DNA of 33,768 nucleotides. Origin: an uncultured Candidatus Saccharibacteria bacterium. Lineage in GTDB: Bacteria; Patescibacteriota; Saccharimonadia; Saccharimonadales; Saccharimonadaceae. A program made the translations under genes and the position numbers. Shown here in pieces: positions 30,601 through 33,768 of the stretch (its first letter is position 1; each line of letters opens with the position of its first letter). A model generated the notes under the pieces. It had not been told where the DNA came from. It saw only the letters and a list, made by a program, of their open reading frames with translations, and did not search any database. Location: positions 1-33,768 of the forward strand of contig CAMEGH010000001.1 in the NCBI GenBank assembly GCA_945916045.1, read 5' to 3'.

Positions 30601-30768
30601 CAACCAGTAGCCGCACCGGCGCAATTTGCGCCCCAGCAGTCAGAAAACGGCTCGTTTGGCGCACCAGCTCAAACTGCGCCAATGCCACAAACTCCGCCGG
30701 TAGCACCGCCGCAAACGAGCGCTCCGGTGCCAACGCCTACTGAAGATGGCATTTTGCGCCTGCGTTAG
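27697..30768 (+). CDS. type IV coupling protein-like (TraD/TraG/VirD4-family) P-loop ATPase with N-terminal TM anchor and a ~200-aa Gln/Pro/Ala-rich tail
   Basis: N-terminal TM helix IGVIVAVFFIIVILIVAGGLIYYA. Walker A HLYMIGQTGTGKSKFL followed by FAFIDPHGD. Walker B FSLYVDEFQNF. SEARKYRLSLVLANQFMTQL. The C-terminus is low-complexity PQQAPQP... Confidence 0.75.
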   Translation: MIGVIVAVFFIIVILIVAGGLIYYAYQGTLREAKNYERGLKMVPMLIHLPPPSDDLETGGRDARDVTEELLSQAQVMYNIIASTSLKGFKHRIYGQRHVSFELVAKNGLIYYYAVVPIVLVDTVKQAIAAAYPSARLEEVEEHTIFAEGGRMTGIIGGEFTLQKSHAYPIATYQESKRDASRALLNALSTATTKDGIGIQFLIRPAQEGWVKSSLDTVERIKKDRATGKSSGSVIGKHGMRGVAEVLWKPPNAENYQEEHNVDTQLTALEQQSIDAIEEKTRYPGYETLIRVVVSSDTAMRSQTLMKNVVASFSLFDSPSYNGFKFIPTRNVDDLVTSYIFRFFPQSVKTNILNSVELATLFHLPDQKNIPTAQVKRQMSKQVDGPTEPMDSGFLLGYNEFRGLKKPIRLSDNDRRRHLYMIGQTGTGKSKFLENLAFQDMLDGRGFAFIDPHGDSAEVLMGAVPKERVEDIIYFNPSDMDNPIGLNMFEFNTPDQKDFLVQEAIGMLYGLYDPGHTGIIGPRLEHIFRNAALLLMSDPAGGTFIDIPKLLVDQEFMKSKLKYVTDPTVLEFWTKEWPASQKSSEAGELVSWVVSKFGPFLSNDAMRNIIGQTKSGFNLRDIMDNKKILIVNLSKGKMGELNSKLLGIIFVMKFQAAAMGRADMPEDEREDFSLYVDEFQNFMTESFESILSEARKYRLSLVLANQFMTQLTDKIREAIIGNVGTVISGRIGITDAEMLVKKFEPVFSAEDMTKMPNFQGIASVMINNTPSAPFSMSFTPPLAKSQEKIAAAMKRLAATKYGRPRAEVEAEIKKRIAANVGQPGARPAGVAPGGAPKKPGSSSFLDDWLAKRQQSGGARPGVIKQPTSAPQQRPAGPGPQSQSLQPMPQQAPQPLTGAPGGMQQPAPQSMAPPQMAAPAQSQPMAGAAPAQAQQQPMQSSASGQFGEQPVQAPQQQFGGQSPQPQSQTQPVAAPAQFAPQQSENGSFGAPAQTAPMPQTPPVAPPQTSAPVPTPTEDGILRLR

Positions 30769-30816
30769 AAGCTTGCGCTGCGCTTTACGCCTTGCGCAAG
30801 AGGTAAACAATAGTAC

Positions 30817-30853
30817 AAAACACCCGCCCTTAGCTACTAAGGGAGGGTGTTTT
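30817..30853. terminator. bidirectional terminator between convergent genes
   Basis: Hairpin of 16 positions with 15 paired, aaacacccgcccttag / ctaagggagggtgttt, with a 3-nt loop. Confidence 0.7.
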
Positions 30854-30942
30854 AGGTGATAGGCAGAGCTTTTTTGCGCACAGCGCAGGCAATTTGCGGC
30901 GCAACCCTAGCGTTATATGTGCGCAGCGTAGTTTTTTGGCTA

Positions 30943-31287
30943 CTATCCGCGACGTGGCTTTTTCAAAATATAGCTAAACGCCCCGATAACGCCGAGCACC
31001 CAGCCGATAAGAAATCCGGCAAATCCTTCAAACCCAGAAAGGGGATAGCCGGTGTATTTGGCGATTGTGTAAAAAAGCGCGAGCGAGCAAATCATGCCAA
31101 TAATGCCGCCGAGCAACGGGAGTGGACGGGCGATTGTGAGGCCTATCGCTTCGATCGCTGTGTCGAGGTAACGCACATGCAGCAGTTTACTGAAGGCTTT
31201 TTGCGCAGGATTCATATGGCTGTGGGCTTGTTCCATGACGCGCGCAAATGCAGCGGTACGGTTGAGGGCTGGTTTTTTCTGGCTCAT
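30943..31287 (-). CDS. small integral membrane protein (hypothetical)
   Basis: 114 aa: a cytoplasmic N-terminus, then 2-3 TM helices (LPLLGGIIGMICSLALFYTI, GFAGFLIGWVLGVIGAFSYIL). Overlaps the upstream gene by 4 nt (ATGA). Confidence 0.55.
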   Translation of the reverse strand: MSQKKPALNRTAAFARVMEQAHSHMNPAQKAFSKLLHVRYLDTAIEAIGLTIARPLPLLGGIIGMICSLALFYTIAKYTGYPLSGFEGFAGFLIGWVLGVIGAFSYILKKPRRG

Positions 31288-32471
31288 AATAAGGCTCCTT
31301 CGTTGGCGTCGCGCCGAATTAGGCGAATTTCTTCTTTATATTGCAACGACCGCACGTAATAAAACAGGATTGTCGCAAATAGCAGTGCACTAAGGGCGAT
31401 GACGGTGTTATTTTGCACATTTGGTAGTTCGCGCGAGGCAGTTTCGACCGTTTTTGTGAGCGGGCACGCAACTGGTGTAAATAGGCTTTCGCCAAAACTG
31501 CTGCGCATGAGGCAGTCAAACGAATGCGGATTGCTTTGGCCTTGTGCGGTGGCAGGCAAATGCGGTTTTAGGCGTGCCGAAAAGCGTTTTTGCACCGTTT
31601 CGCCAGCCGGGAGCTCAAGGTTTGGCCACGTAATGAGGCCATTTTCTGGGTTGAATTGACCGTCTTTTGCGTCAACAGCGTCGGCGTATTCTTGAATGTC
31701 AGCCACGTCGTGTGTAATGGTTGTAGCGATAGTATCTTCGGTTGGATTTTCGACGGTGAGCGTATAGGTGAGGCGATCTGAGGGTTGGGCGGTTGCATCG
31801 GCGGCATTTTGCGTGTCGTTATGAACAGTGACGCTGCGAATAAGATCAGTTTCTGTAGCAAGATAGCGCAAATCTGGCAGCGAGGAAAGTAACACCGAGC
31901 CGGAATCCGTCAAAATGGCAAAATTGCCAAGCGCGTGCGATGTACCTGTGAGTGCGTCGTGCGTTTGCTGCTTGTACGGCAGCGCGGCTTGCGCAGGATT
32001 GAGGTAGAGCGTGCGCGGCGTTTCCTGGCTGGCGGTGTGGTAGGGCAGCGCTTTGGTGTCATTGGTGGCGGCAAACGGGCGGTCGCTCGCAAGATACGCG
32101 CCGTCAAGATCGCGATATGCAATAGTGGCGGGGTTTAGCGCGCGAATTTCTTCATGGGTAATACCGAGCGCTGAAAGTTTATCGTTAAAAAACGCCGTAT
32201 TGCGGTTGTACGCGCGCAAGGTGTTTTCAAGATTTTGCGTGCCGCCGTAGACCAAATCGTATCTGCTAGCGGTGTTATTTGATTCGGGCGGATACGCTAG
32301 TACCAGTACCTGCAGGACGATTGCCGGAATCAACAAAAACGCACTCAAACGGCGCAATTTTTCTTCGCGCTTGAGTTCTTTTGCATAGAGTGCCACCTCG
32401 CCAATCGATGTTGGGCTTAGTGCCAAATCCGTAATATATTTGCGAAACATGTTCGTTTTATGCCGCCTCAC
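31284..32471 (-). CDS. bitopic membrane protein with DUF11/CARDB-like beta-sandwich domain (hypothetical)
   Basis: TM helices near both termini. DRLTYTLTVENPTEDTIATTITHDV...GLITWPNLELPAGETVQKRFSARL matches the conserved-repeat (DUF11) pattern. The start is ambiguous: GTG at 32471 or ATG at 32450. Confidence 0.6.
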   Translation of the reverse strand: MRRHKTNMFRKYITDLALSPTSIGEVALYAKELKREEKLRRLSAFLLIPAIVLQVLVLAYPPESNNTASRYDLVYGGTQNLENTLRAYNRNTAFFNDKLSALGITHEEIRALNPATIAYRDLDGAYLASDRPFAATNDTKALPYHTASQETPRTLYLNPAQAALPYKQQTHDALTGTSHALGNFAILTDSGSVLLSSLPDLRYLATETDLIRSVTVHNDTQNAADATAQPSDRLTYTLTVENPTEDTIATTITHDVADIQEYADAVDAKDGQFNPENGLITWPNLELPAGETVQKRFSARLKPHLPATAQGQSNPHSFDCLMRSSFGESLFTPVACPLTKTVETASRELPNVQNNTVIALSALLFATILFYYVRSLQYKEEIRLIRRDANEGALL

Positions 32472-32528
32472 CCCTTATCGTTCTTGTGCTTAAGTATAGC
32501 ACAAATTGCGCGCGAGCGGCAATAATGC

Positions 32529-32557
32529 TTGAGCATTCAGAGGTAATTGGGTATACT
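32529..32557 (+). promoter_or_regulatory. putative gyrB promoter (TTGAGC-17-TATACT)
   Basis: ttgagc-attcagaggtaattggg-tatact lies about 45 nt upstream of the gyrB ATG, with a GAGGGAAGG SD between. Confidence 0.5.
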
Positions 32558-32602
32558 AAAAGGGTATACAGCTGAAAATTCTAGAGACAGTGAGGGAAGG
32601 TA

Positions 32603-33768
32603 ATGGCTAAACAAACAAAAGCCGAATCGTATGACGGTTCACAAATTCAAGTGCTTGAGGGCCTTGAACCGGTGCGTAAGCGCCCGGGAATGTATATTGG
32701 GAGCACAGGATATGACGGTGTTCACCACTTAATTAAAGAAATCGCCGACAACTCGATCGACGAAGCGATCGCAGGGCACGCCACAAAGGTGGATGTGCGT
32801 ATTTTGGAAGATGGCGGCATTACGATCACCGATGACGGCCGTGGTATTCCGGTTGATAAACACGCCAAAACGGGCTTGAGTACGCTTGAAACAGTGCTAA
32901 CCGTACTGCACGCCGGTGGTAAATTTGGTGGCGGTGGCTACAAAGTTTCATCTGGTTTGCACGGTGTTGGTTCGAGCGTGGTAAACGCGCTTTCAACCAA
33001 AATGATCGCCGAAGTCGTACGCGACGGGCAATTGCACCGCGTAGAATTCCAACAAGGTGGCATTGCTGCGCCGCTCAAAAAAGTCGGCAAAACCGATCGC
33101 CCAACCGGCACGACCATTACGTTTTACCCCGACCCAACCATTTTTAAAGAAACGGTTACTTTTGACTACAAATGGGTGGTGAATTATTTGCGCCACCAAG
33201 CGTATCTGACGAAAGGTGTATTTACATCGGTCTTTGATGAGCGTACCAAAGAACGCCAGGCGTTTTACTTTGATGGCGGGATTAAGAGCTACGTTAAGCA
33301 TTTGAATATCGGCAAAGATGTGCTTTCGAGCGATATTTTCTACGTTGAAAAGCAGGTCGAAGATTGCGAAGTCGAAGTGGCGATTCAGTACAACGACACG
33401 TACGTTGAAAACGTGAAGCCATTTGCCAACAACGTGTTGACCCCTGATGGCGGAACGCACTTGGTAGGCTTCCGTACGGCGATGACGCGTGTGATTAACG
33501 ATTACGCCCGCAAAAATAGCTTGCTGAAGGAAAAAGACGACAACCTAAGTGGCGACGATGTGCGCGAAGGTTTGACGGCTGCAATTTTGGTGAAATTGCC
33601 AGATCCACAGTTTGAAGGCCAAACTAAAAACAAGCTCGGCAATCCAGAAATGCGCCGTTACGTTGAGCAAGTGATGAACGAATACTTTAGCTACTATCTG
33701 GAAGAAAATCCAGATGTCGCCAAGAAGATTATCGGCAAAGCGGTACTCGCAGCGCGTGCGCGTAAAGC
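32603..33768 (+). CDS. gyrB: DNA gyrase subunit B (5' part; runs off the window end)
   Basis: Absent from the ORF track because it has no stop in the window. ATG at 32603 translates to MAKQTKAESYDGSQIQVLEGLEPVRKRPGMYIGSTG...HHLIKEIADNSIDEA...LHGVGSSVVNALS. Confidence 0.95.
   Translation, partial: MAKQTKAESYDGSQIQVLEGLEPVRKRPGMYIGSTGYDGVHHLIKEIADNSIDEAIAGHATKVDVRILEDGGITITDDGRGIPVDKHAKTGLSTLETVLTVLHAGGKFGGGGYKVSSGLHGVGSSVVNALSTKMIAEVVRDGQLHRVEFQQGGIAAPLKKVGKTDRPTGTTITFYPDPTIFKETVTFDYKWVVNYLRHQAYLTKGVFTSVFDERTKERQAFYFDGGIKSYVKHLNIGKDVLSSDIFYVEKQVEDCEVEVAIQYNDTYVENVKPFANNVLTPDGGTHLVGFRTAMTRVINDYARKNSLLKEKDDNLSGDDVREGLTAAILVKLPDPQFEGQTKNKLGNPEMRRYVEQVMNEYFSYYLEENPDVAKKIIGKAVLAARARK

Noticed and set aside
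30856-31359. Plus-strand ORF 30856-31359 (167 aa).
   Set aside because: It begins inside the bidirectional terminator and is antisense to the 114-aa membrane protein, which is 4-nt coupled to its upstream gene.
32993-33460. Minus-strand ORF 32993-33460 (155 aa).
   Set aside because: It is antisense to gyrB, whose plus frame matches the gyrase B N-terminal ATPase domain throughout.
1-33768. CRISPR arrays, IS elements or transposases, prophage structural genes, and toxin-antitoxin or restriction-modification genes.
   Set aside because: No regularly spaced direct repeats, terminal inverted repeats or recognisable protein signatures of these classes were seen on either strand.

Overview
Dense chromosomal segment, roughly mid-40s to 50% GC by eye, standard genetic code. 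Gene content suggests a reduced Patescibacteria/CPR genome, possibly Saccharibacteria-like. That inference rests on a ThrRS lacking the TGS domain, a PilX-like pseudopilin, cohesin-like surface proteins, a T4CP-like ATPase and many small membrane proteins.

Supported content:
- About 33 CDS. Housekeeping: ndk, sod, thrS, miaA, rpmB, infC-rpmI-rplT, comM/yifB, nrdR, and a partial gyrB that the ORF track missed.
- Four tRNAs: Arg-CCT, Asp-GTC, Thr-CGT, Val-GAC.
- RNase P RNA at about 21256-21702.
- tmRNA at 24594-25000.
- Numerous intrinsic terminators.
- No CRISPR array, transposase/IS or recognisable defence gene was seen.

Most interesting observations:
1. A ~1.8 kb ORF-free but signal-rich locus lies directly 3' of ssrA (25001-26814). 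It holds two consensus sigma70 promoters, a self-contained ~105 nt sRNA-like unit, a strongly G+T-skewed tract and a ~480 nt hairpin-rich ORF-less transcript. It leads into an orphan type-IV-coupling-protein-like ATPase cluster.
2. Two tandem paralogous cohesin/FN3/CarboxypepD_reg type-I membrane proteins carry Tyr/Pro-rich cytoplasmic tails.
3. A T-box-like attenuator precedes thrS, and its UGGA bulge matches the U73 discriminator of the tRNA-Thr in this window.
4. A candidate ~135 nt structured RNA precedes a gene fusing a degenerate Nudix domain to RNase HI.
5. A -10 hexamer sits 6-7 nt upstream of the ATG of at least 8 genes, suggesting leaderless transcripts.

All calls come from reading the sequence and translations. 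No database search or folding program was run, and RNA and regulatory coordinates are approximate to a few nt.
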